From positions 6,058 through 70,057 of IMG/VR virus record IMGVR_UViG_3300017791_000077: a DNA stretch of 64,000 nucleotides; one strand, 5' to 3'. Shown in pieces: positions 8,701 to 17,050 of the stretch. The notes beneath the pieces are model-generated. The model saw nothing but the letters and a program-made list of their open reading frames with translations. It ran no database searches and was not told the origin of the DNA. The position numbers were made by a program, and so were the translations under genes. This DNA comes from a virus (taxonomy: Duplodnaviria > Caudoviricetes). Positions within the stretch are counted from its first letter, which is position 1. Every line of letters starts with the position of its first letter.

Positions 8701-8927
8701 CTGGATTGACGGAATCTTCAAAGATGACCGCCTCAACTTTTATACAAGCATCGAGCTTATGTCGCATGTCATCCGCGAGCACTTCTGGAAAGCGGCGCTG
8801 TGCCCTATATGCGATGGAGAGGGGCAGGTTCACATGAAGGGATACTCCGCGGACTGCCCTGACTGCCACGGCCGCGGCTTCATCCTCCCCGAAACAAGAC
8901 AAGGAGATCAGGCCGATGCCCGCTGAC
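8686..8927 (+). repeat. 16-bp direct repeat GCCGATGCCCGCTGAC at two consecutive gene junctions
   Basis: Copies at 8686-8701 and 8912-8927, each holding ATG and an overlapping TGA. Confidence 0.9.
8690..8926 (+). CDS. DnaJ-type Zn-finger small protein
   Basis: RBS AGGAG; CPICDGEG, CPDCHGRG. Confidence 0.7.
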   Translation: MPADWIDGIFKDDRLNFYTSIELMSHVIREHFWKAALCPICDGEGQVHMKGYSADCPDCHGRGFILPETRQGDQADAR

Positions 8928-9461
8928 CAGAGCGACAAGCCGAGCGAGTGCCCGAAGTGCCCAAACTGCGGATTTCTAATCGTTGGTCCGCTGGCATTTG
9001 AAGACGCGACGACACTGAGAGAATTTCAAGAGGCCGAAGAGAAGCCGTATTGGGACGCGAAGGTGGCCGAGTTGGAACGCGAGAACACCTTGCTCTGGGA
9101 AATGCTACACGTCAGCATCCCAGTTGAGCGATTGTCCGATCCGAAATGGAAAAACAGATACCAGAAGTGGACCAACTCCGACATCGCCGCCCGGCTGCGA
9201 ATTGAAGAAACGAAAGGGGGAGTGATGAAAGCGAAAGATCAATTCAGCCTGAAGCATCGACGGGCGGCAAAATCTCTGCACGAAGAATATTCCACGCGGC
9301 CGTGGTTTCAGGCTGTGGGACTGGGAGAGAAAGACGGGAAGCCTGCTCTGTATCTTTACCTCCTGCGAAACTCGAAAGAAGCAAAAGAGATCACCGAGTA
9401 TTCGGGATTCCCGGTCATCGCCGAGAAGATCGGTCCAATCATGCCGCTAGGGAGCTATTAA
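8916..9461 (+). CDS. Hypothetical protein (CPKCPNCG N-terminus; possible internal start MKAKDQF)
   Basis: RBS AAGGAG; internal AAAGGGGGAG-spaced ATG near 9225. Confidence 0.6.
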   Translation: MPADQSDKPSECPKCPNCGFLIVGPLAFEDATTLREFQEAEEKPYWDAKVAELERENTLLWEMLHVSIPVERLSDPKWKNRYQKWTNSDIAARLRIEETKGGVMKAKDQFSLKHRRAAKSLHEEYSTRPWFQAVGLGEKDGKPALYLYLLRNSKEAKEITEYSGFPVIAEKIGPIMPLGSY

Positions 9462-9890
9462 ATGGAAACCTGCGAACATGGAAATCCGTGGGACGATTGC
9501 GAAGCCTGCTCAAATGCACCGACGACGAGCGACCCGTTTCTCCTGAGAAAAGTTTCCGAACTCCCAGCATCCCTGCCAGCCCTGTCAAAGCTCGTCGAGT
9601 TGCGGGAACGGACGACGCCGTGGTACGTGCGCAAAGCCGTAAGTCTGAATGACTCGGTTTCGTATTTCGTCACTGCCGTGCCGCCGGAACACGAGTGCTG
9701 GAGCGAAGCCAGCCTGTCCGCATGGGGCAATGTCGGCGTATGGACCGATCACGGCTTGACGACGAAAGAGATTGCCGAGGAGATTGTTGCCGCCCACAAC
9801 GACCTCCAGAAGGTGCTGGAGAAATCAGAGGAGCAATCCGCGACCATCGAGCGGCTTCGGCAACTGTTGAGGCAACAATCCACCGACTGA
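9462..9890 (+). CDS. Hypothetical protein
   Basis: RBS GGGAG; CEHG..C..C N-terminus; C-terminal coiled coil. Confidence 0.7.
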   Translation: METCEHGNPWDDCEACSNAPTTSDPFLLRKVSELPASLPALSKLVELRERTTPWYVRKAVSLNDSVSYFVTAVPPEHECWSEASLSAWGNVGVWTDHGLTTKEIAEEIVAAHNDLQKVLEKSEEQSATIERLRQLLRQQSTD

Positions 9891-9905
9891 CGCAAAGGAG
9901 CAGCC

Positions 9906-10094
9906 ATGAAACGCGCAAAGCGACTGCCGACGGCGAAGATTCTGCGGGAGTTCAAGGCCGGAAATAGCGTTCGCGAGATAACGCAGGTGGAATGGTTCGA
10001 TGACATTTACATGACATGGCATGAGCGATTCGAGAGAGTCGAAGCCGTGATCCGCCGCGCCATGATCCTCCAGTCGAAAGCGAGCAAGCCATGA
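9906..10094 (+). CDS. Small basic, possibly HTH-like protein
   Basis: RBS AAGGAG; ILREFKAGNSVREI. Confidence 0.6.
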   Translation: MKRAKRLPTAKILREFKAGNSVREITQVEWFDDIYMTWHERFERVEAVIRRAMILQSKASKP

Positions 10095-10152
10095 CCGAGG
10101 CATTTCAGAATTCATAACGCCAATGCCCGCCCGGCGCACGGAAGGAGCGACG

Positions 10153-10314
10153 ATGCCACGAATCGTGAAGACCCCACGGAGCGGGGACGTGTTGATAATC
10201 GGCGACGTGGTTATCAAGTGCCGCAAGCCGAAACGCAGGCGGGCGCGGCTCGCCATGACGATCAATACGCCGGCCGGAATCGAAGTGCGGCGCGTGCGGA
10301 AAAGTCGGTCTTGA
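10153..10314 (+). CDS. CsrA/RsmA-like RNA-binding protein
   Basis: RBS AAGGAG; 53 aa; RSGDVLIIGD.V.I....R..MTINTPAGIEVRR parallels CsrA RRVGETLMIGD...VRIGVNAPKEVSVHR. Confidence 0.6.
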   Translation: MPRIVKTPRSGDVLIIGDVVIKCRKPKRRRARLAMTINTPAGIEVRRVRKSRS

Positions 10315-10339
10315 CAGCGCGCGTTCCATCCTACAGAAT
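10311..10339 (+). promoter_or_regulatory. Sigma70-type promoter for the late + strand module
   Basis: TTGACA-17 bp-CAGAAT. Confidence 0.6.
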
Positions 10340-10408
10340 GCGGAACATCGGGCCATTAAGGTCCAGCGAATTAGCGGCATAAAGTCGCGCCACCTGCAAT
10401 CGGTATCC

Positions 10409-10480
10409 AGCCCGGCGGGGATTCGCCCTAACACTCTCGCATGAGAGTCTTGGGGTGAACCTACCGCCGGGTTTGCGTTT
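10409..10480 (+). ncRNA. Long hairpin in 5' leader (attenuator/terminator-like)
   Basis: AGCCCGGCGG/CCGCCGGGTT, GG.TTCGCCCT/GGGGTGAACC, ACTCTC-GCAT-GAGAGT nested; followed by TTTGCGTTTT. Confidence 0.55.
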
Positions 10481-10537
10481 TACCGCCTCCCCGGTCGAGT
10501 CAACACGATTCCCGGATTCAGCGAGGAACAATGGGCC

Positions 10538-10828
10538 GTGACCATCGACAACTGGATAACGATTGGAGTGTTCGCTGCCTCAGTCGTAGCGAACGCATTT
10601 CTCGTGGGAAGGAAGTCGGGGGAACTGGGGAGCAAGATCGAAGTCATGGCGGCTGAAATCAACGGCCGGTTCGACGTGATGGAAGAAGAAAACGTGCATT
10701 GCCAGAAAGACCGCCACGGGATGCGGAACGTGATGCAGTTGCAGCAGGGCGAGCTTCAGGACCACGGCAAGAAGCTCGCGATTCTGCTCGACAGACGGGA
10801 CCACAGACGAGGGAACGAAGATGAGTGA
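10538..10828 (+). CDS. Single-pass membrane protein with coiled coil (lysis-cassette-like)
   Basis: N-terminal hydrophobic helix WITIGVFAASVVANAFLVG; RBS GAGGA. Confidence 0.7.
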   Translation: MTIDNWITIGVFAASVVANAFLVGRKSGELGSKIEVMAAEINGRFDVMEEENVHCQKDRHGMRNVMQLQQGELQDHGKKLAILLDRRDHRRGNEDE

Positions 10829-11075
10829 GCCGCAGGGAAGCCCTCAATGGCGCGTGTCGCTCGACGAGTTTCTGAACGCTCTCGTGCCGGCCGGGGAGTG
10901 GTTCGTCGGGACGTTCGCAGGCGTGTTCGGCCTGGGCCTGTTGCAGTCGCAGCACCCCGATCTGAAGACGCTGTTCACGACCTCGCTGACGGCGGCCGTG
11001 GGAGGGTTGTTCGTGAGGGTCGGGAGGATTTATGGCTCGAATACTCTCAACGGGAAGCCCCCGACTGGCTCATAG
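10821..11075 (+). CDS. Holin-like protein with 2 predicted TM segments
   Basis: 84 aa; FVGTFAGVFGLGLL and LFTTSLTAAVGGLFVRVG. Confidence 0.55.
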   Translation: MSEPQGSPQWRVSLDEFLNALVPAGEWFVGTFAGVFGLGLLQSQHPDLKTLFTTSLTAAVGGLFVRVGRIYGSNTLNGKPPTGS

Positions 11076-11220
11076 AGGCGCGGCGGAAATTCAGGGAGAC
11101 GGGTCGTTCCGTGAGCGTGAGAGTCGAGCCGGTGGGATGGGAGTTGCGGACCAGCGTTTTGATTGCTCTGGCGGGACCGAAGAAGAAGCGAGTCGGGAAC
11201 TACAAGAAGTGGGGCAAGCG

Positions 11221-11514
11221 GTGAACGTGAATCTGCCACTGGAAGAACTCGTCAGGGCGGAGGTCAAGAAGGTGATGCCACAGGAAACGGTCGGAAGCCT
11301 TCGAGTGCGATGTATCGTCGCCTTTATCGGAATCGTAGTCGGCATTGTGGCATTCGACCATTCGCTGCGAGTCAGAATAGACCGCCTCGAATCCATCGTC
11401 GCCAAAGACCGCGAGTTCGCGCACGGCGCCGCCGAATCGCTCGGCCCCGTCGTCCAGATCCAGCCCCGCGCGGCGACTGAGCCGCTTCCGCCACCGCAGG
11501 AGGGACAGCCGTGA
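11221..11514 (+). CDS. Single-pass membrane protein (inner-spanin-like topology)
   Basis: CIVAFIGIVVGIVAF TM then coiled coil and Pro-rich tail. Confidence 0.6.
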   Translation: MNVNLPLEELVRAEVKKVMPQETVGSLRVRCIVAFIGIVVGIVAFDHSLRVRIDRLESIVAKDREFAHGAAESLGPVVQIQPRAATEPLPPPQEGQP

Positions 11515-11747
11515 AAGAAGCTGGCTGCCTGATTGGCGTCGTGTTCTCCGCGCTTATCGGAATTGGCGCATTCCTCAGTTGGATCGACGGCATTCAACAC
11601 CGCAAGGCGATTCCTGAAGGAGCGGCGGCGTTCGCGGCCGGCGCGTCTGATTCAGCCAATCCGTATCAAGGCGCGAGAGGGATGATTGGCGCTTCGAAGG
11701 GATGGCTTGAGGGCTATTTAGCCGCGAAAAGCGAGGCGTCGAAATGA
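11511..11747 (+). CDS. Membrane protein with Rmf-like C-terminal motif
   Basis: TM LIGVVFSALIGIGAFLSW; G..A..AG....NPY......W.EG. Confidence 0.6.
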   Translation: MKEAGCLIGVVFSALIGIGAFLSWIDGIQHRKAIPEGAAAFAAGASDSANPYQGARGMIGASKGWLEGYLAAKSEASK

Positions 11748-12064
11748 AAACCTTCCACGCGCTCGCTGTCCTCGCGCACTGCTATCTGGCAGGCGTCACG
11801 CTCAACCGTGGTGAAGTCACGCCACCTCCGCCGAAAGCCACGATCATCGTCTACGCATCGAAGTCGTGCCGCCCCTGCTATCGGATGCACGCGGAGACGA
11901 AGGGGCACACGGAATACGACTTTCGGTACGTCTACACGGATCATCCTCGGTGGGTCCGGTCTGTGCCGATGCAGGTATGGAGCGGAGCCGACGGGAAGCG
12001 GTATTTCACGACCGGATGGGATGACTTCGAGACGTGGGAGCGAAGCTGGAGGGCGACGCAGTGA
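11744..12064 (+). CDS. Secreted thioredoxin/glutaredoxin-fold protein
   Basis: Signal-like N-terminus; IIVYASKSCRPC CxxC after a beta strand; RSVPM cis-Pro-like loop. Confidence 0.75.
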   Translation: MKTFHALAVLAHCYLAGVTLNRGEVTPPPPKATIIVYASKSCRPCYRMHAETKGHTEYDFRYVYTDHPRWVRSVPMQVWSGADGKRYFTTGWDDFETWERSWRATQ

Positions 12065-13482
12065 CCGCCGAAGAACGCGCCGAATCCGACCCCCTCAGGC
12101 AAGCGCAGATGATTAACTCCCGCCTCCGCGCAGAACGAAACGAAGCCATCTTCGAGCTACGCGCCCAGACGAAGCTGCACATCGCCATCGCTGTCGCAGC
12201 CGGGATTGCGCTGTGCGTGGCAAGCTACTGCGCCGGGTCGTGGCAGAAGCCGCAACAGCACGTAATGCCGGATTTCGTGAACCTGCCGTACAAGCCGGCT
12301 GTTGCGGCCGGCGAAATGCCATCCCACACGCTCGCCACGGTGCTGATGTACAACACCGCCAGCCAGTTCGACAACAAGCCCTGCTGGTGCTCGGCGACGA
12401 TCATCGACGAAAACGGCCTCGGAATCGGCTGCGGGCACTGCTTCAAGGGAAATATCGGCAATAAGTTCTGGGTCTACCGGCCGGACGGAAAGGCCATTGT
12501 GGCGACCCTTCTCGGGCACGAGCCGGTGGGCGGAACATCCGGCGACCTGTCGCTCTTTCAGGTGAAGAAGCGCGACGTTCTGGCGTTCGCGCCGTTGTGG
12601 GAAAAGACCGGCGAGCAGCCAAAAACTGTTGATGTGATCGGCTATCCGCGCGGCGATGGCCCGAAGCATCTGACGCTCGGGGCGCCGGCATCATCAACCG
12701 GGAGCGCGTGGCTCTACAGTGTTCTTGACGGGCGAATCATTCCCGGAAATTCCGGCTCGGGAGTTTTTGCGGACGGTAAATTGTGCGGTGTTATCAGCGG
12801 CTGGAGCGAAGAGAACCAGAAGCACTTCGCGCGTACGGGATGCACCTACGAGTACCTCGCAGCATTCGTCGCCAAGCACAAAGGCAAGATGAAATGCCCT
12901 GACTGCGAACAGGACGATATGAGCGCGCCGCCTCCAGCGGACGACGACTCTCCGCCGATTCCTGCGCCCGACTGGAAGCCCAACCCGCAGGGCAAGCTCC
13001 CGGTCCCGCCGAAGACTGCGCAGAACGAAAAGCACCGCCCCTTCCCCGAAGACCTGAACCGCATCTGGAAGCGCGTCGAAGCCATCGAAGCGTTGCAGAA
13101 GCACGAGCACGCCGAAGACGCGGAGGTCATCAGACTGAAAGCCGAATTCACCGAACTCCAGCGTGAAATCGACGAACTGAAGCTCGGACAGCCCGGCGCA
13201 CCTCCGGCACCGCAACCGGGACCACCAGGACTGAGCGCGGCGGATGTACAGAAGCTGATTGACAGGGCCATTGCCGGTCTGGCCTCCGGTCAAGGCGCGC
13301 GGGGTCAGCCGGGGCCGGACGGCCAGCCGGGTCCGCGTGGCGACAAAGGACCGACAGGCGACAAGGGGCCACCAGGTGATGCGGCCGATTTCGAGAAATA
13401 TGTGACCGAGGTAGAGGCGATCAAGACGTTCATCAAGAACCTCACTGGATCGAAGGTGACGGTTCCTGTCGTGCAGAAGTAA
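12061..13482 (+). CDS. Membrane-anchored trypsin-like serine protease with coiled coil and collagen-like repeats
   Basis: TM segment; GCGHC (His), GDLSLF (Asp), GNSGSG (Ser); about 10 Gly-X-Y triplets near the C-terminus. Confidence 0.85.
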   Translation: MTAEERAESDPLRQAQMINSRLRAERNEAIFELRAQTKLHIAIAVAAGIALCVASYCAGSWQKPQQHVMPDFVNLPYKPAVAAGEMPSHTLATVLMYNTASQFDNKPCWCSATIIDENGLGIGCGHCFKGNIGNKFWVYRPDGKAIVATLLGHEPVGGTSGDLSLFQVKKRDVLAFAPLWEKTGEQPKTVDVIGYPRGDGPKHLTLGAPASSTGSAWLYSVLDGRIIPGNSGSGVFADGKLCGVISGWSEENQKHFARTGCTYEYLAAFVAKHKGKMKCPDCEQDDMSAPPPADDDSPPIPAPDWKPNPQGKLPVPPKTAQNEKHRPFPEDLNRIWKRVEAIEALQKHEHAEDAEVIRLKAEFTELQREIDELKLGQPGAPPAPQPGPPGLSAADVQKLIDRAIAGLASGQGARGQPGPDGQPGPRGDKGPTGDKGPPGDAADFEKYVTEVEAIKTFIKNLTGSKVTVPVVQK

Positions 13483-13538
13483 GCCGCGGCGTGTGGCTGC
13501 GGACATTTTCGTTTGACCCCGATATGGGAGAGTGAGTC

Positions 13539-13781
13539 ATGGCTTTGGATGCAACACTCGTTGCGGAACTTGACAAGCACTGGGCGACCGGGAACCAGAA
13601 CATGAGCAACGGCGCCAGCGCCGGTTCTGAGACCCTGCGCCGCGTGATGGACCTCGCCGGCACGGCCCTCTCGGCTGCGGCCAGCAACGTCCTGCTTCTT
13701 TCGTCTCTGCCCGATCAGGGCATGGCCGCGAAGCTGGCGTATGACACCCCGCGCTCGTCACAGGACACCGTGACGAAGTAG
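13539..13781 (+). CDS. Hypothetical protein
   Basis: RBS GGGAGAG; 80 aa, Ala/Ser-rich. Confidence 0.7.
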   Translation: MALDATLVAELDKHWATGNQNMSNGASAGSETLRRVMDLAGTALSAAASNVLLLSSLPDQGMAAKLAYDTPRSSQDTVTK

Positions 13782-13816
13782 TCAACCCGACACCTTTTTG
13801 AAAGGCATCTGACCCC

Positions 13817-14077
13817 ATGCCTGATCCAATCCAACCCGCAGCGTCGCCGATTCCGACGACGCCTGCGGATCGTCTTAAGGGCTGCATCAAGGTTCTGACG
13901 GGCCTGAAGGCCGACAACAACGCCAAGACGGACATCGCGTTCGTCGTGAGCGAATGCCTCGACCTCATGCTCATCGTTCAGAATCTCGCCGCCTTTGCGT
14001 GCAGCACCAAAGTTGACGGTCCTCCGCCAGTTGAAGAACCACCGAAAACTGAGCCTGCGACGGTGACAAAGCAATGA
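13817..14077 (+). CDS. Hypothetical protein
   Basis: 86-aa ORF coupled to the next gene. Confidence 0.65.
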   Translation: MPDPIQPAASPIPTTPADRLKGCIKVLTGLKADNNAKTDIAFVVSECLDLMLIVQNLAAFACSTKVDGPPPVEEPPKTEPATVTKQ

Positions 14078-14394
14078 GCGATAAGCCCGTCGATCAGAGA
14101 CTCGGCGACGTTGCCGACAGGCTGAAAGTCACGCTGCTGGCGCTGCCTGCATTCAGGCCCCCCGGTGGCGAGCAAGCCCTGGCGTTTGACGCTGTTGTGT
14201 CCGACCTGGTTGACACGCTTGTCGAGATTGCACAGGCCGCGGCGATTGACGAACGGTCGCTGATCTTGGCGCAGGACCTGAGCAAGATGCAGCAGGAGGA
14301 CGTGGCGGCAGCGCAGAAATCCCGCGAGCAGCACGACGCGGCCATGCTGGAGATCGTCGGCAACCTCCCTTTTGTGAGGCGATTGGCATCGTGA
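14074..14394 (+). CDS. Hypothetical helical protein
   Basis: ATGA coupling. Confidence 0.7.
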   Translation: MSDKPVDQRLGDVADRLKVTLLALPAFRPPGGEQALAFDAVVSDLVDTLVEIAQAAAIDERSLILAQDLSKMQQEDVAAAQKSREQHDAAMLEIVGNLPFVRRLAS

Positions 14395-14870
14395 CCAACG
14401 GACAGCAATTGACTCCCGACATGGCGCAGACGAAAGACGACCTGTTTCTCGTTGAAGTCGATGCACAGCGCAAGCTGAAAGCCATGCAGCTCCAGAACTA
14501 CGCCAACGCCTGCGGTCAGACGGGAATTCCGCCGATGGGACCACTCCGCGTGACGAACAACTACCTGCCGCCTGATCCGCCTCCCGCGCCAGCGCCTGCC
14601 CCTGCAACCCAGGCATCGCCGCAGCCGCAGGACACGACTCCGCAGGCTTCTGGCGGATTGAGCACGCTCGCCAAAGTCGGTATCGCCGCCGCCGCACTGG
14701 CGATTCCCGGCGCAGGCGCAGCAGGACTCGGACTTGGCGCGCTAGGGACGTGGCTGGCGAACAGGTCCAGCGCTCCAGCGACAGCGCCAGCTCCGGTGAA
14801 TGGGCAGGTGACGATCGGCATTGGGCCAGATGGAAAGCTGTTCGACCCGAATGCGGGAGCCGCCAAGTAA
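14391..14870 (+). CDS. Pro-rich membrane protein
   Basis: GTGA coupling; hydrophobic VGIAAAALAIPGAGAAGLGLGALG segment. Confidence 0.7.
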   Translation: MTNGQQLTPDMAQTKDDLFLVEVDAQRKLKAMQLQNYANACGQTGIPPMGPLRVTNNYLPPDPPPAPAPAPATQASPQPQDTTPQASGGLSTLAKVGIAAAALAIPGAGAAGLGLGALGTWLANRSSAPATAPAPVNGQVTIGIGPDGKLFDPNAGAAK

Positions 14871-15319
14871 TGGATACGACTCCTCCCGCCGCCTCCCACC
14901 TCGACCAGCGCTTCGCCGACATCGCCGTCTGCCTCGCCGAGCAGGACCAGACCATCTCGGATCTGAAGAACCAGCTCGTGGCGCAGGAAAGCCGGATTCA
15001 TGTTCTCGAAAAGGACATGGAGGAATTCGATAAGCGGTTCGCCGCATGTGTTCTGGCTGACATTACCACGGCTAAGGCAATCGACGAAGAGCGAGCGCGT
15101 CTCGACTGGCTAACCCAGCGCTGGGACGACGTGTACTGCTTCCTCCGCTCTCAGGGCTTCCGCTCCAGCGAGAGCAAGGAGCCAGACGCGCCGCATAGCC
15201 GCGGCATCCCGCTGCACGGAGGCCCGATCGGCACAGCGATCATCGCCGACATGTACGAAGTCCCGGAACCGAAGCGCGAGAGCCACGAAGTTGACCCCGT
15301 AACAGGACACGCTCCATGA
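14870..15319 (+). CDS. Coiled-coil hypothetical protein
   Basis: TAATG coupling. Confidence 0.65.
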   Translation: MDTTPPAASHLDQRFADIAVCLAEQDQTISDLKNQLVAQESRIHVLEKDMEEFDKRFAACVLADITTAKAIDEERARLDWLTQRWDDVYCFLRSQGFRSSESKEPDAPHSRGIPLHGGPIGTAIIADMYEVPEPKRESHEVDPVTGHAP

Positions 15320-15480
15320 AGCCCAAGCACAGCCCCATCGACCGTATCACCGTCCAGGCGAAGCAGGTCGCCGTGCAACTGATCTTGCAGCGCGACGCCC
15401 AAGCCACGCACACGCCCTCTGTGGATGAACTGATTGAGGATTCCGAGAAGCTGTTCCAGTGGCTGAAGGAGCGCGAGTGA
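15316..15480 (+). CDS. 54-aa hypothetical protein (not in ORF track)
   Basis: ATGA/GTGA coupling on both sides. Confidence 0.6.
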   Translation: MKPKHSPIDRITVQAKQVAVQLILQRDAQATHTPSVDELIEDSEKLFQWLKERE

Positions 15481-15848
15481 GCACGATTCCAGAAGACGCC
15501 CAGATGACGATCGCCGCGCACATGAATATCGCGGCCGATACAACGGTTTTCGACCACGATCTGCGGGCCGCGAGCGGTGCGCTGTGGGCGAAATACTACC
15601 GCTGCCAGCCATATAATCAGCTTTTCGGCGTCGCTCCGGCAGCAACCGATGCCGACATCAGGCAGCGTGCGGCAGTTGCCGTTGCCGTGACGGATTACAA
15701 CGCTCTGGTTCTCGACCCGTTCTGCGCAGCGCATCCGGTCGGAGATCCGCTTCGCAGCGCCGCCACAATGAACCCGATGATCGCTGAATTTCACGCTTTC
15801 GTGAACGACAGGCTCGCGTCGATGGGGCTGAGTCCGTTCTATCACTAA
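15477..15848 (+). CDS. Hypothetical protein
   Basis: RBS AAGGAG before GTG. Confidence 0.7.
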   Translation: MSTIPEDAQMTIAAHMNIAADTTVFDHDLRAASGALWAKYYRCQPYNQLFGVAPAATDADIRQRAAVAVAVTDYNALVLDPFCAAHPVGDPLRSAATMNPMIAEFHAFVNDRLASMGLSPFYH

Positions 15849-15856
15849 GGCAAACA

Positions 15857-16198
15857 ATGAGCAGCATCTCCGCGTGGTTCAACTACTTCCTCAGCCGCTT
15901 CACGCGGGACGAGGCGCAGGAAACATCGCTCGCGGCTCAGGTCGCGGCGCTCAAGGCAATCGTTATTTCTCAAGGAACTGCACTCACTTCTTTACAAGGA
16001 AAGGTGAACAAAATGTCCGATGTTCTCGACACCGTAAAGGCCGATTTCGAGTCCTACAAGGGGCTCGTCGATTCGACGCTGCAAGGCTTGAAAGACAAGG
16101 TTGCATCGCTGCTCGCCGGCCAGCTCGACCCTGCCAAAGCGCAGGCGATCGACGACGAAATCAACGCCGCGAAAGCCGCCCTTAACCCCACTCCGTGA
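15857..16198 (+). CDS. Coiled-coil protein
   Basis: Heptad pattern; possible internal start MSDVLD. Confidence 0.7.
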   Translation: MSSISAWFNYFLSRFTRDEAQETSLAAQVAALKAIVISQGTALTSLQGKVNKMSDVLDTVKADFESYKGLVDSTLQGLKDKVASLLAGQLDPAKAQAIDDEINAAKAALNPTP

Positions 16199-16205
16199 TT
16201 CCCAA

Positions 16206-16328
16206 GACGGGAGCCGCCGGCAGTTTGCATTGATGCAGTTCGCCTACCTCCTTGGGCCTGACCGGCGGCATATTTTCATCCGTCACCCCTCCCGCTGAAT
16301 CAGCCATGCGCGGCCTTCGGCGGGAGGG
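16206..16328 (+). other. Two large intergenic stem-loops
   Basis: GCCGCCGG/CCGGCGGC with GACGG/CCGTC; 13-bp CCCTCCCGCTGAA/TTCGGCGGGAGGG. Confidence 0.6.
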
Positions 16329-16349
16329 ATAAATAGAGCCACGATTGAT

Positions 16350-16529
16350 GTGCCAACGAACGAAACCAAACCCGGCAAGTTCAAAATCAGATTGTGCGCC
16401 GCTTGCGGCTACCGAGAAAGCATGGACGGGCTCGACCGCTGCGAATCCTGTCACGAAGAAGAAGTCGCGCGGCAGTGGAGAGAGGAACGGATCGTCGAGA
16501 AATATGCCCCCAAAAAAGAGACCGAATAG
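16350..16529 (+). CDS. 59-aa Zn-finger protein (not in ORF track)
   Basis: GTG start; CAACG...CESCH. Confidence 0.6.
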   Translation: MPTNETKPGKFKIRLCAACGYRESMDGLDRCESCHEEEVARQWREERIVEKYAPKKETE

Positions 16530-16701
16530 CTACGGCAACGTGGCTGTCCCCGATCCGACACCGGAAGAAATCCAGGCCGGATGTGCGGCGATTCGGGATA
16601 CATGGCCACCGAATGTGGAGAACAATCGGCGCGTGGGATGCAAGGTCATGCCCGTGCAGGTGACGAGGGTGAGAGACCCGCAGTTAGTGAGAGCGGAATA
16701 A
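16504..16701 (+). CDS. Small hypothetical protein (DPTPEEI..C..I...W motif)
   Basis: C-terminal half of track ORF 16345-16701; RBS GAGAGGA. Confidence 0.6.
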   Translation: MPPKKRPNSYGNVAVPDPTPEEIQAGCAAIRDTWPPNVENNRRVGCKVMPVQVTRVRDPQLVRAE

Positions 16702-16720
16702 CCGAAAGGATTCGTGACGT

Positions 16721-17050
16721 ATGGCAGTAGTCAAAATCGGCAGCAACAACCCTCTTCTCAGCACGCGGGCGAACCTCGACTTCTACATCGGCGCGAAGAT
16801 CACCGCCTTGAAGGTCGCCCTCCGCGAGGCGCACAACGCGAAACTTCTCGTGGACCAGGTGGCAGACGCTGACCTCTTGGCGCTGGGATATGGGGACGGG
16901 AACAACGGCACGGCCAATGAGATCGGCTATCTGCGCTCCGCACTTCTGGCCTGCGAAGACCTCGACAAAATCCATCTTGGGCAGACGCCGACAAAGACGC
17001 TTCCCTACGTCTACGAAAACGACCTGAAATATGCCTGCCAGAGCCAATGA
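16721..17050 (+). CDS. Hypothetical, probably virion-associated protein
   Basis: 109 aa, upstream of the Gly-rich gene. Confidence 0.7.
   Translation: MAVVKIGSNNPLLSTRANLDFYIGAKITALKVALREAHNAKLLVDQVADADLLALGYGDGNNGTANEIGYLRSALLACEDLDKIHLGQTPTKTLPYVYENDLKYACQSQ

Noticed and set aside
16345-16701. Single 118-aa gene
   Set aside because: Better explained as two overlapping genes: Zn finger 16350-16529 and 16504-16701
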